64,000 nucleotides of DNA, from the NCBI RefSeq assembly GCF_011745625.1, contig NW_027191455.1, positions 310,001 to 374,000 of the forward strand. Reading direction: 5' to 3'. How positions within the stretch are numbered: position 1 is the first letter of the stretch; every line of letters starts with the position of its first letter. Below the pieces are notes generated by a model, which made no database searches, was not told where the DNA came from, and worked only from the letters and a program-made list of their open reading frames with translations. This DNA is from Cladosporium halotolerans (lineage: Eukaryota). Positions 36,795-46,565 of this stretch are shown piece after piece. Position numbers and translations under genes: made by a program.

Positions 36795-38119
36795 ATGACA
36801 GCCACTGTTCAAGCGCCTCCGATTCTCGACTTTTCCGGTATGTTGCCGCACAGTCCTCCATGCGGACTCTTGTTGACGTCTCTAGTGTTCTACGGCAACG
36901 ATGATGCCGCCAAAACCAAGCTTGTCGACGATGTGCGGACCTGCTGCCTCCACAATGGTAAGAGACATTTCTGAATGCTTCTGCCTGACTCGCGAGCTGA
37001 TATTGGTCGGGCAGGCTTTTTCCAAATCGTTGGTCATCGAGTGCCAGCTGAACTTCAGGAAAATGTTCTCGACAGCCTGAAGTCTTTCTTCTCTTTGCCA
37101 CTAACCGAAAAAGAAAAGGTCCACAAAGGTCAGATTGCTTCTTTGCTCAGATCGGCTGCTGCCTAAAACTCACTCCTTTTTAGATAACACAACCTGGAAC
37201 CGAGGCTATGAGAACATCGGATCTCAGATTCTAGAAGCCGGTGCCAACCCTGACCAGAAAGAAGGGTTCTACGTTGGGGAAGAGATCACCAAGGATCACC
37301 CGTATTTCCTGGGCAAGAAGCTCAACTCAGGACCTAACCAGTGGCCTCAGGATTTCCCGAATGCTGAGAAGTTCCGGAAATCTTCAATGGCCTACTACAC
37401 TGAAATGCACGCGTTGGCTAGAGATATCCTGTCTGTCATCGCGCAGACTCTCTACCTGGACGCTAATTACTTTGACACCTTCACGAGCGGCGCTGTTGCA
37501 ACCCTTCGCTACCTTCATTATCCTCCACAGCCGAAGGACTCGGATGAAAAGCTCTCCCGCGGCATTGGAGCTCACACCGACTTCGGTTCTGTGACCCTTC
37601 TTATGCAAGACGATGTTGATGGGCTGCAGGTGTGGGAGAAGACTACCCAGGAGTGGCTTGATGTGAGTGATATTCTCAATGACGATTCTGTAAAAAAGCG
37701 CTCACATCCGATAGGTCATGCCCATTAAGGGTGCTTACGTGGTCAATCTTGGGAACATGTTTATGCGATGGTAAGCGGTCTGCAAAGGACCATAGTCAAT
37801 AATGCAAGCTGACAAAGCAAGGTCCAACGATCGCTACATCAGCAACTTGCACAGAGTCATCAACAAGAGTGGGAAAGAACGTTACTCTGTTCCCTTCTTT
37901 TACAGCGGCAACCCTGACTACCAGATCGACTGTCTTCCCAACAGCCGTGAGGAAGGGGTTCCTGCTAAGTATCCTCCAGTCACTGTCATGGATTGCGTCG
38001 GAGCGAGTTATCGGGACTCGTACGGCAAGGCCACGGCCTTTAAATTAGCCGCGGCCGCTACACAAGCCACAGAGTTGCCTAAGGGGCTCTCGATGTCTGC
38101 ACAGCCAATTCTTGCATGA
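36795..38119 (+). CDS. hxnY: 2-oxoglutarate/Fe(II) dioxygenase (IPNS/DIOX-like), HxnY-like; multi-intron
   Basis: PPILDFS, GFFQIVGH, NRGYE, LRYLHYPPQ, GIGAHTDFG (HxD), SNLHRV and RYSVPFF. Confidence 0.87.
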
Positions 38120-38376
38120 AAACGTCTTATGAGGTCCCATTGAATACAGGATATCGGTAGTCAACCCCTAATCAAATCATCCACAATATCCGAGTACCAG
38201 ACGTCAAGATGCATCAAATTTCTACCGCGGCGTCCTTGCCTCAGAGAGGCTGAGAAGTGTTGTTTTTTCCACAAGGCTCTAAGGGAAAGATCAGCAATGG
38301 AACACCCTCGTAGTCAATCAACGAAAAAATGATGCTGCAGAGAAGATTATGCCGCAATATAGTGATAACTTCAGAG

Positions 38377-39666
38377 CTATAGCCGTGCAATGCCAAATCC
38401 ATCCCTCCTTCGAAGGCCCAAAAACTTCTTGTCGATGCCTCGGATGTTGGGGATCCCTGCTAATGCCATGGTCCTAGATAGTTCGCGCTCCAGAATGTTG
38501 GCCACCAGCTCAACGCCTATCTGCCCATCGTAAGCCAGGCCCCACAGAACGGGTCTTCCGACAAGGACGAGATCTGCACCCAAAGCGATCGCCTTGAAGA
38601 CATCACTGCCGTGCCTGACGCCTCCGTCGAAAAGGATCGGTATCTGCCCTTTGGTTGCGGCCGCAATGGATGGGAGTGCTTCAATCGTTGCCGGCGCAGA
38701 GTCAAGCTGTCTGCCTCCGTGGTTCGATACAACAATGGCGTCGACTCCATGTTTGACCGCCAACTCGGCGTCTTCCTCAGTCATCACGCCTTTGAGAATG
38801 ATCTTCATAGAAGTCGCACTTCGTAGCCAACTGATGGTCTCGGTCCACGTCAGCGAGGAGCTGTGAATACTACCTCCTGCATCTCGCACCACCTGCTTCG
38901 CTTGAGCTGCTGTTGGCGCATCTAATAGTTGCCGCTCTTGACTTGGTCTGTAGTTATCGGCTTTGGTCTTCTCTGAACCTTTGTAATTAGCAAGATGAAG
39001 ATTCGAGGGCAGGACGAGAGGCGTCTTTCGTTCGTTGATACGGTTTCCGAGGAGCGGCGTGTCAACAGTGATCACCAGAGCTGTATATCCAGCATCTACC
39101 ACCTGTCAGCAAAATGACGAGAAGTTAGCTCGGATTGAACTGTCTCACTTGCTGCTCTCTTAATCAAGGGAGTGCTAAGAGCTGAATTTTCGGTCACATA
39201 GAGCTGGAACCACCGCTCGGGTCCATCGGGTGTATTTGGCATCAACGATGCAATGTCTTCGAGAGATGTTGTCGACTGCGACGAAATCGTCATATTGACC
39301 CCGAGTCTTTGCGCGGCCCGTGCAACGCTCTCTTCGCCTTGCGGGTGAGCGAGCTTCTGCATTGCAGAGGGAGCAAAAGCGATTGGAAAAGGGTATTCCA
39401 CGCTGAACAAACGTGTGGAAGTATCAACTTTTGATACGTCAACCATCACTCTCGGCCGGATGAGGATGCTTTAAAAGGTATAAGTCCATGCTCGTTTGTA
39501 TTGCGTGAAGGCGCACCAACCGGTCAAAAGCCGCTCGGTTCCGAATCAGACATTTCTGATCGTCCGCTCCGGATGCATAGTAGTCGTAGACATTTTTCGG
39601 TAACTTTTGTCTCGCGAGGGATTCCAGTTCATCGATCGTGACAGGGTTCACGATCGTCTCCGCCAT
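38377..39666 (-). CDS. FMN-dependent (S)-2-hydroxy-acid oxidase (glycolate/long-chain hydroxy-acid oxidase family), C-terminal PTS1 ARL; 2 introns
   Basis: YDYYASGADD, ILIRPRVMVDV, APSAMQKLAH, ITVDTPLLGNR, ILKGV, VSNHGGRQLD, DGGVRHGSDV and GRPVLWGL. No cytochrome b5 domain. Exons splice in frame. Confidence 0.9.
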
Positions 39667-39846
39667 ATCGTCCAGTTCTTGTCATCCGATGCCTATTCAC
39701 TCAATTGACGATTGCAGCATTCATTACAAAATCCAATAAGTATCGACACTAGAACAATGCCATTGTGGGTCAACCATTCTACAACCGCTAGGGTAGCGCT
39801 TGTTTACGTGGCCTGTCGTCGCCATCCCCCACCCGTCCGCCTGACT

Positions 39847-39857
39847 CCCCACTCTTG
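39847..39857 (-). promoter_or_regulatory. CCCCACTCTTG in the divergent promoter of the hydroxy-acid oxidase and SnoaL-like genes
   Basis: Exact reverse-complement copy of the cluster 11-mer, with a second CCCCAC core at 39827-39832. Confidence 0.6.
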
Positions 39858-40045
39858 ACATTTGCGAACCGATACGGCCGCTCCATAACCCACCAGCCTG
39901 CGGAATTGAGCAGCGAGTGGAGGAGACAACAGGGATGGACAGGTTCAATCACTGAATCGATATGTAAGTCGAAGCTTTGTGTCGATGCAACCCAGATCGA
40001 AGACCACCCTCGCCGCCAGAGCAGATGCCGACCAATTAGTATTCC

Positions 40046-40513
40046 TTGGCCACTTATATCAACCAGTGTGTGCTCACGCTATATGTCAGACTTTCAGCCA
40101 TACTGATCAACGACTTAGTGGGCGATCAAGAAGCGATCACCAGTCTTTTACATTCCTATGGCGACGTCCTTTCTTCACGCTCTCTCGCAGATGTTCTATC
40201 AATCTACACATCAGATGGCGTTTTCATGGCACCTGGATACCAGCCTTCAGTCGGTACAGATGCATTGAAGGCGTCATACAAACGCATCTTCTCAACCATC
40301 AAGCTGGATATTGAGTTCAGCATCAACGAAATAGTGGTGATGGATGGTGTATCATGGGCGTTTGCGGGAACCACAGCAGAAGGCACTAAGCATTGGCTGC
40401 AGAAGGAAACCGATGAGAGCCATCACAACCAAGAGATATTTGTTTGTCAAAAGGTTGATGGAGACTGGAAGATTGCGAGATACTGCTTTTCCAGTATGAA
40501 ACCATTGACTTAG
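40046..40513 (+). CDS. SnoaL/NTF2-like (DUF4440-type) small protein; true start uncertain, probably a small upstream exon
   Basis: DQEAITSLLHSY...IYTSDGVFMAPG..SVGTDALKASYKRIF...NQEIFVCQKVDGDWKIARYCFSS follows the ketosteroid-isomerase-like pattern. The ORF-track start is a TTG. Confidence 0.75.
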   Translation: MATYINQCVLTLYVRLSAILINDLVGDQEAITSLLHSYGDVLSSRSLADVLSIYTSDGVFMAPGYQPSVGTDALKASYKRIFSTIKLDIEFSINEIVVMDGVSWAFAGTTAEGTKHWLQKETDESHHNQEIFVCQKVDGDWKIARYCFSSMKPLT

Positions 40514-40671
40514 GATTCAGTTTTCTAGGACTGAGCGGTAGAACACAAATGAACACAGATCAACCCAGAAAGCCGTACCGTTCTATTCATGGATCGTATC
40601 ATACATATGACAGGCCGTGCGCTAGTTTATAATACAGAGTCGAAGCGTTGCAAGAGTTAATATGCGCAAGT

Positions 40672-41585
40672 TTACGACTTGCGCTCGTTCTCGCTCGCGA
40701 TGCTCTGGGCCTGGCTCGCGAGGCCGCCCTTATGCGCGGCACCGGTAGCCTTAACCTCCTTCGAGTGTGCCTTGTCACCATCTTCCTTCGTGATAGCTCC
40801 AGGGTTGTTGGCCATCTTGTCGGTGATGCTGTCAGCGACTTGGTCGAGGTTGCCCACGCGGTCGGCAGCGCTCTGAGTTGCGGAAAGGTTTTGCATGTTC
40901 TCATTGGCAAGGCTTTGGGCTTGTGCAGCAACGCCACCCTTCGAGGTGGTTCCAAATGCCCGAGTCTCACGAGAGTGAGCAAGGTCAGCGTCCTCCTTGG
41001 TCACAGCCTGCGGGTTGGTGGCCATCTTGGTAACAATGTTTTCGGCCTCCTTCTCAAAGTTCGCAGCGCGGTCAGCAGCACTCTGGCTGACAGGGTCGGA
41101 GGGGCCAGTCGATGAACTGGACTTTGTGGCACCCTCGTTGCGAGATGCAAGACGCTCGGCGTCCGATGCGATCGAGTCCGACGGAGGCTGGTTCTGGCCA
41201 ATCGCGCGAGCCTCACGGGACTTAAGGTAAGCCGCATCCTACCTAGGTGTCAGTTGAAGTATCGTGCCTTTCGAATTTCTGCTAAACAAACCTCGCTGGA
41301 GACAGTCTCAGGCGCGGCTTGCATCTTGTGACCGACTTCCTGGGCGGCTTGCTCGAAGTTTCTCGTCTTTCCGACTTCGCTCTGCATTTGCGCAGATGTG
41401 GAGCCATGCGCAGGACCGCCTTCCTGCTTTGCAGTCTGAGAAATAATGTTGCTGGTGGGTGTAGGGTTGGCCATGTTTGAAATCGAGGTCGAGAATTGGT
41501 TCGTAGAAATCGAGGGCTGGGCCAAGGCTCTGTTGTGAGCAGAAATGGAAGAGATGCGTGAAAGGGGTAGACGAAGGAAAGACAT
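40672..41585 (-). CDS. Seed-maturation-protein (SMP/LEA-like) repeat protein; 1 intron
   Basis: Three hydrophilic repeats of type (V/I)TKEDADLAHSRE.RA.G....GG.A.QAQS.A.EN. Intron at about 41241-41291. Confidence 0.75.
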
Positions 41586-42318
41586 GATGCTAACAAGCTG
41601 TGATACTTTTCAACTCAAACCCTGCGTGAGAAGCTCCGGTTTTAATTGTTCTTCCCTCCTGTTGTGCCTGTGCTCCTGCCTTCATAGTGATGCAAGCGCC
41701 AGGCCAGGGAATGAGATCATATGGAGAACCGATGACCCGTACAATCACAAGAGAGGGCAAGGCTACAGCCTTGCAGTCAAACTACCGTTGACAAGCATCG
41801 CGATCCTGAAGGTCTTTCGCGGTCCGATGGGGGAAAGTCGGAAAGATGCTCGAGCTTGACAAGGATGCAGGCGACGCACCAGGTTGGCGTTCGAGAACGA
41901 AGACATGGCGTAGATGGATCGCCACATGCGGTATGGTCTCTACGCGGTTGAGCCCAATGATACGCATCCTGCGAAATACGCGGCTGATGCGGCCATCTCC
42001 GCCGGGCCCGCGAACCTTCCGCTGCCACATTTAGCAGACTTGTGTTTTTCAGATAGTATCCAGATCGGTATGCCTGACATTCAATTTTGCTGCGCTTCCT
42101 GAGATTGTTGGAAGTACACTTCTTGATGTCTGAACCAGTTTGAAGGCTTGACCGCCGGCGAGTTGTCAATGCACCAACGCACTTTAGCTGGCAGTGAGGC
42201 GAGGCTGAACATTTCGGCAAACACGTTTCGATGCAAGCGCGATGCAGAGGCGCCCACCCAATATTCCCTATTGGATCAGGCTTGATAACGAAGCCGGGCG
42301 AGGCTGATATGTCTTCCA

Positions 42319-44271
42319 ATGTCTCGTCAGTCAATCATCCTCACATTCTTATCAACCCTTTGTTTCCTGTTTGACAAAGCACTCGATATGCCGCGATACC
42401 GAATTCCGAAAGTTCACCTACCTTTCTTGTCTAGATGGCGCCAGAGTCCGAGTGATCTGTCGAAGATCGAACTCAGAGGGCACAGATGGACCTGGGCGAC
42501 TCAACTGTGCTGCCACTTGCTCTCGACGGGAGCCATCTTGACAGCCTTGGGCTTCGGTGGCTCGTCGAGAGTTTTCACACTCAAGACGCAAATGGTCTTG
42601 GGGAATTCTGTCGATCCTGATTTGCAACTAGCATTTCTAGGCCTGATCAACAAGATCATGGATCTTTTGCTGACCAAGGCACTTCAAATCACCGCAGGTG
42701 TCATCGTCACGCTATGGATGACCCGGTCACGACGGTCATCGGGTGCTCGAGGCGCTCGCTTAGCCGATTTCGAGCTTTCTGAAGAGTTGACAAAGCCTTG
42801 GGCAGCCTTGTCGCAGTTCACAAAGAGATGGTCCAACAATGGGTGGAAAGGTGCCGGCAAGACACGCTTCCTCATTACCTTGTCGATATCGGTTTGCGTT
42901 CTCTTGCAAGGTCTCGCAGTCAACACCATCGGGGTTCCAAAACAACGCTGGTGGCCAGAGTCATCGGATGCGCTGAACGTGTCCCATCCACTTTGCAATC
43001 TGAGAAGTCTTGATTGGATGAACTTTTGGGACTCTTCATGGGGCACAGTCGGTGGAGGCGACATATCCTGGGACGTTATGGGTAGCTACATTGCTACTTC
43101 TTCGCACCTTGCTTTTCAGGACTTCGCAACCAGAATGGATTCCAACCCTCGCGGATGGCAGGACTTTCGTCGGGAGAACTCTGGCGCTTTTGTCGCCCTT
43201 GATACTCGGCACAACGGATCATCAACTAGAGGCTTCGCGTTGCATACAAGCCAAGCGGTGGATGCATTTACTTGGATGCAAACCAATGGTACAGCCGATG
43301 CTCGCCGCGCCTCTGGAATTAGCGCAGAGCTCAAGCTGACAGTCCCCGGGACGCTCGTGTCGTGCCGGACTTCTGAGTTGAGGCCTTTCTTGGATGCCAA
43401 TGCCCTGTCTGTGACGGTCGATAAACCACTTCATACTTTGGCCGGAGCAACAAATTTTTCAATCAATCTACTCTTCGCGAATACGAACAGTGACGATTTC
43501 GAAGGCGCCACTTGCGAGGTGCAATTCCACCGCATGGTGTTTCCGGCAAGCATCTGGATTATTGACGGCGCGTCTACTGCTGATGCATCCGTGAATGGGT
43601 ATGGCAAGAAATACGACACCGAACCCAAGATTCTGCCTTTCGCGCGAGAGGATAGTGATATGGCTGGTTCGTTGGCGAGTCAGGTTGAGGATACAGCGAC
43701 ACGTCTTGAGCATCTGAGTCAATCCTTGAATTCCTCGCAATGGCTTATGAGCATCGCTCAGGAAGTACGTAGACGCCGCCCCGAGTACGTGTCTAATGTC
43801 GAAGCTCTGGCGCCGACAATCGCTCTCCTTACAAACCACCTGTTGACCATCGCAAATTGGGATACAATTCTCAGCGACGTCGATCGAGTCGCGTCGAAAT
43901 CGGTCAGATGGCAGCTATTTGGCTCTGGGCCGCGTCTACCTTGGGAATGGGTTACAGCTACCGTGCTGGGCGTTCTAATCCTGTCGTTGGCCACGAGTCT
44001 AGCACTGTCACTGTACTACATGATAGTCCCGGGTGAATGGCTGAAAGCTGGTGGCATGCTCGTTGCTGCAAATTGCTCGCCGCCAATGGTTGTAATCAAG
44101 GACACTATCAACAAGCCCAGTGGCGAGCTCGAAAATACACGCTTCCGGGTGAGTCAAGTAGCCAACGCAGGCACGGCAGGCACGGTAGACGTGGCTGCTT
44201 TGGTCAATGCGAAGGATGGAGGCGACAGTATCGACTACGGAGCCCGGTATCAATGGCGGGGGCCTTCTTGA
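42319..44271 (+). CDS. Hypothetical multi-pass membrane protein; start may be 42388
   Basis: Intronless long ORF with several N-terminal hydrophobic helices, a large N-glycosylation-rich loop and a C-terminal TM helix. No family recognised. Confidence 0.7.
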   Translation: MSRQSIILTFLSTLCFLFDKALDMPRYRIPKVHLPFLSRWRQSPSDLSKIELRGHRWTWATQLCCHLLSTGAILTALGFGGSSRVFTLKTQMVLGNSVDPDLQLAFLGLINKIMDLLLTKALQITAGVIVTLWMTRSRRSSGARGARLADFELSEELTKPWAALSQFTKRWSNNGWKGAGKTRFLITLSISVCVLLQGLAVNTIGVPKQRWWPESSDALNVSHPLCNLRSLDWMNFWDSSWGTVGGGDISWDVMGSYIATSSHLAFQDFATRMDSNPRGWQDFRRENSGAFVALDTRHNGSSTRGFALHTSQAVDAFTWMQTNGTADARRASGISAELKLTVPGTLVSCRTSELRPFLDANALSVTVDKPLHTLAGATNFSINLLFANTNSDDFEGATCEVQFHRMVFPASIWIIDGASTADASVNGYGKKYDTEPKILPFAREDSDMAGSLASQVEDTATRLEHLSQSLNSSQWLMSIAQEVRRRRPEYVSNVEALAPTIALLTNHLLTIANWDTILSDVDRVASKSVRWQLFGSGPRLPWEWVTATVLGVLILSLATSLALSLYYMIVPGEWLKAGGMLVAANCSPPMVVIKDTINKPSGELENTRFRVSQVANAGTAGTVDVAALVNAKDGGDSIDYGARYQWRGPS

Positions 44272-44659
44272 AGTATGCTTTTTAGCGCAAGCTTTTGTGT
44301 CAGTGTTGGTATTCAGCACCGTTCAGCAGGAATGCTTTGTCTTTTGTAGCGATCGGATAATAAAGTAGATCGGACGGATTATCCTAGATCAAGGGAGCAA
44401 ACAGCTATATGCCTATCCGGTTCAAGCGAAGTAGAGCGGCTCCTGGCAGTCTCCGAATTCCTATTTGAATAAATCTAGACCTGCAATTGTTTGATGGTAA
44501 GCAATAGGACGAGGAGCAACGGCGGAGCGAGCTTCATGTGATCTCAACCGATTCCTTTTCCTAAAGGGGAAGTGCTCCGCACCAGTTCCGGCTTACGCTT
44601 CGTACTGCCACTACGAAGTCCAAATCATCCAGTCGCATTGTTTGGACAGCACTCACAAC

Positions 44660-44959
44660 ATGGCGAAGAAAGGTACGCTTGACTCGGACTGTAATACACA
44701 GAACTCAGTATCTAACATTTCATTCAGCGAAGTCAAGAACCGTGGCGGTGCGACTCATGTCGATGGCCCTGACGGGCTTCTTCATGACCTTCCGCCGCCC
44801 TCGTACCCACCGCCCGCTCAGCATGCTGAAGTATGATCCTGTTGGTACGTTTGTCCTTCCATGTGCGAGTGGATCATTTCTCCTGGATTGGCGCTGACAG
44901 GACCATAAACAGTCAAGAAAAAGGTCCTGTTTCTTGAGGCAAAGCGCGGTGGAAAGTAA
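44660..44959 (+). CDS. MRPL39: Mitochondrial ribosomal protein bL33m; exons 44660-44672, 44728-44844, 44913-44959
   Basis: Hand splicing of two GT-AG introns gives 58 aa: [58 protein letters not shown], with the L33 signature KYDP..K.VLF.E. Confidence 0.92.
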
Positions 44960-45539
44960 GCAACAAAGCCCGAAAACGACACGACGACTATACTTTGATT
45001 GCGCCGAAAACACTTTACGCCCACGACTGGGCAGGAGGCCCGATTCGTGAGGAGACGAGCAGGCAATGTTCCAGGAGGGTAGTGTACGATAGGGGCCGAC
45101 ACAGGGGGCAATCAAAGAAGAAGTGGGCGGGGCTGTAATTGCCCCGGCTCAAAATGTTAAGGATACCCAAGAGCTGCAGAACGGTCACATTCAAGAGCAG
45201 GCATAAAGACTGGCCGTCCTGGTGTGAGTTCTGCCGCAGCGAGAATCGGGCAGAGGAAAATGAAAGAATTTGTATAAATACGCCGAACACAGCCATGGGC
45301 AAAATGCAATGATTGAAAAGCATACTTACGCTTCCAAAATCAAGGGTTTGAGAATGAACAGGGCCTGATGTGGGAAAAAGCAGAAGAGCAGCAGGACTCA
45401 GGTCATCGAAAGACATCTTGGAAGGAGCAAAAGGATTCATTCGCGATCGTTGGCAGATTGTTACATTATTTACATGACTGGTTGGTCATTGTGCTTCCTG
45501 GCGCAAAATCACCCACAGGGTACTCAGAATGTTCAACTC

Positions 45540-46565
45540 TTACGCCTCGGCTGCAGCATTCAATACGGCATCAATCTTTTGCTCCAACTGTGCGCCTGTC
45601 GCTCTCTCCAGCAGCACGACAAACGCACGTTTTTTCTTCGCCTCTTCTCCATCTCCAGCCAAATGCTTCGTCTCGAGCTTCTTCCAATGTTCCTCAATCA
45701 GCCCTTCCAATTCACTCCCGTCCTGCGGCAATCCGAGCATCCTTAGGCTATCGGCCGTTCTTCCATCGATATTAGGAAAGGCCGCAGTCCAGATCCATTG
45801 CACACGACGAAAGAAAATCTCCAAGCCCGTTTTACCAAGTCCTTTGATATGGGATTTAAGCTGATTGGCAGCTTCGCCAATGTCATCGCCACAATCGTCG
45901 CGCAGCTTCTGCAGCTCCGTCCCATCTTTATCGCTGCTTGAGGTGAAGTTGTCCAGCACGGCTTCGGCAATGATGCCCATTTGCGCTGCCGTTTTGTCCT
46001 TGTGCTGAGTTCTTGCGTCGTAGACGGATTTCAAGCGTTTCTCCTCACCAGCATCCTTCAGCGAACGAGCAGAGTTGAAGTTGTACGGATCATTGAGCAC
46101 CGTGCGGATTGTTCTGAGGCCCAGGCGATGACTGATCGGCCGTGACAGTATCACGGCACAGAGAAGCTCTTCGAAAGGACTGAGTACACTTGCCGAGTAG
46201 GTCTTGATCTCTCCGCGCGACTGTACGTCTTCAATCTCATCGTCAGGACGTGTGAGCTCCGCCGCCGCAGGTGAGATCATGTAGTTGAGGAGCTGCTGCT
46301 TTGACGGTTCGCTTTTGGCGCCACTTCGGTTAGAACGACGAGATGCTTTGCGCGGTTCGTCGGTTGAGGCGTCTTTGCCACGTTTCTTTGGCGCTTTACC
46401 ATCTGCTTCTTGATCTTTACGCGCAGAAGCATTGCTCTCGGGCTCAGGCTTGATCTCCTCATCTTTGATGGCATTGGTCTCTTCTTTTGAATGTTTCTCT
46501 ACGGTGTTCGTCATTTCATCACCATTGACAGTCTTCGCCTTGGGTGTCTTTTTCTTGGGAGGCAT
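45540..46565 (-). CDS. Conserved hypothetical protein with HhH-GPD/endonuclease III-like fold
   Basis: 341-aa ORF with a basic/acidic disordered N-terminus, then SPFEELLCAVILSRPISHRLG and a helix-hairpin-helix-like IKGLGKTGLEIFFRRVQ. Confidence 0.7.
   Translation of the reverse strand: MPPKKKTPKAKTVNGDEMTNTVEKHSKEETNAIKDEEIKPEPESNASARKDQEADGKAPKKRGKDASTDEPRKASRRSNRSGAKSEPSKQQLLNYMISPAAAELTRPDDEIEDVQSRGEIKTYSASVLSPFEELLCAVILSRPISHRLGLRTIRTVLNDPYNFNSARSLKDAGEEKRLKSVYDARTQHKDKTAAQMGIIAEAVLDNFTSSSDKDGTELQKLRDDCGDDIGEAANQLKSHIKGLGKTGLEIFFRRVQWIWTAAFPNIDGRTADSLRMLGLPQDGSELEGLIEEHWKKLETKHLAGDGEEAKKKRAFVVLLERATGAQLEQKIDAVLNAAAEA

Noticed and set aside
15044..40513. Secondary-metabolite biosynthetic cluster
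   Set aside because: No PKS, NRPS, terpene synthase or DMATS backbone. The gene set matches a catabolic regulon.
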